This document shows positions 63,520-64,000 of a stretch of 64,000 bases of DNA, piece after piece; positions within the stretch are counted from its first letter, which is position 1, and every line of letters begins with the position of its first letter. The DNA is from Tubiluchus corallicola (lineage: Eukaryota > Animalia > Priapulida), in contig JAQGDQ010000068.1 of NCBI GenBank assembly GCA_030141605.1, forward strand, positions 558,001 to 622,000. Reading direction: 5' to 3'. Under the pieces are notes generated by a model. That model was not told the origin of the DNA. It saw only the letters and a program-made list of their open reading frames with translations, and did no database searches. A program made the translations under genes and the position numbers.

Positions 63520-63890
63520 AGTTAGTGACTTCGCCGTCACTGGCGTATTACTTCAAATGTGACAGTTATGAAAACCGCTCAGTGGGTTACACCACTCATT
63601 ACATATATCAGAGAGTTGAGAAACACCAATGTTTGACAGTTGGGATTCACTTGAGAGAATGCACTGGGCTGAAACCAAACTTGACTCATTTTTCAGTTGT
63701 TCAAAAATGCAAAATAAAATTCGAAAGCTAGTTACGTGAGGTTCTGGCCATAAAATACAGACGGATTCTGTTACGCTGGAGTTCTTTTAAATGTGTGGTC
63801 ATGTTAGACGCTTAACTATATAATGCTGCTTTTAGAATGTTAAACTTTTAATGCTTAAAATGACTCGAGTCTGTAGCCAAAACGTTGCCA
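63520..63890 (+). mobile_element. Penelope-like element 3' end (GIY-YIG remnant)
   Basis: ORF 63525..63731: AYYFKCDSYENRSVGYTTHYIYQRVEKHQCLTVGIHLRECTG..FSVVQKCKIKFE. Ends in a degenerate copy of the hammerhead-like motif. Confidence 0.7.
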
Positions 63891-64000
63891 AGTTGCATGT
63901 TACTTATTTGAATGACAATCCTAGATAACTAATGCGGCAAATGACTTTGCTTTATCCACTTGTCATGTGTGGGTTGTTGCTAAGACGCGTTGCTGTGGTT

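Overview
AT-rich, repeat-rich genomic DNA from an animal, probably an invertebrate. It has spliceosomal GT-AG introns and long microsatellites, and no prokaryotic features. I can reconstruct five protein-coding genes, all on the + strand. (1) A 3-exon class A GPCR resembling FFAR4/GPR120, join(726..810,1169..1236,1749..2909). (2) Mitochondrial sulfite oxidase SUOX, with a single coding exon at 6203..7915. (3) A second FFAR4-like paralog with the same exon structure but very large introns, join(18022..18112,26409..26476,50224..51168). (4) An intronless MORN2 gene at 21925..22368, nested on the same strand in intron 1 of that paralog. (5) The first four exons of a 15-hydroxyprostaglandin dehydrogenase-like SDR (HPGD), 56719..62147, presumably continuing past the window. 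The small GPCR exons and HPGD exon 4 are missing from the ORF track and were read by hand. Non-coding DNA holds decayed LINE reverse transcriptases, three Penelope-like GIY-YIG ends with hammerhead-ribozyme-like motifs, several MITE/foldback elements, solo LTRs and a ~331-bp tandem repeat headed by a tRNA-like sequence. All homology calls come from recalled motifs, not database searches.
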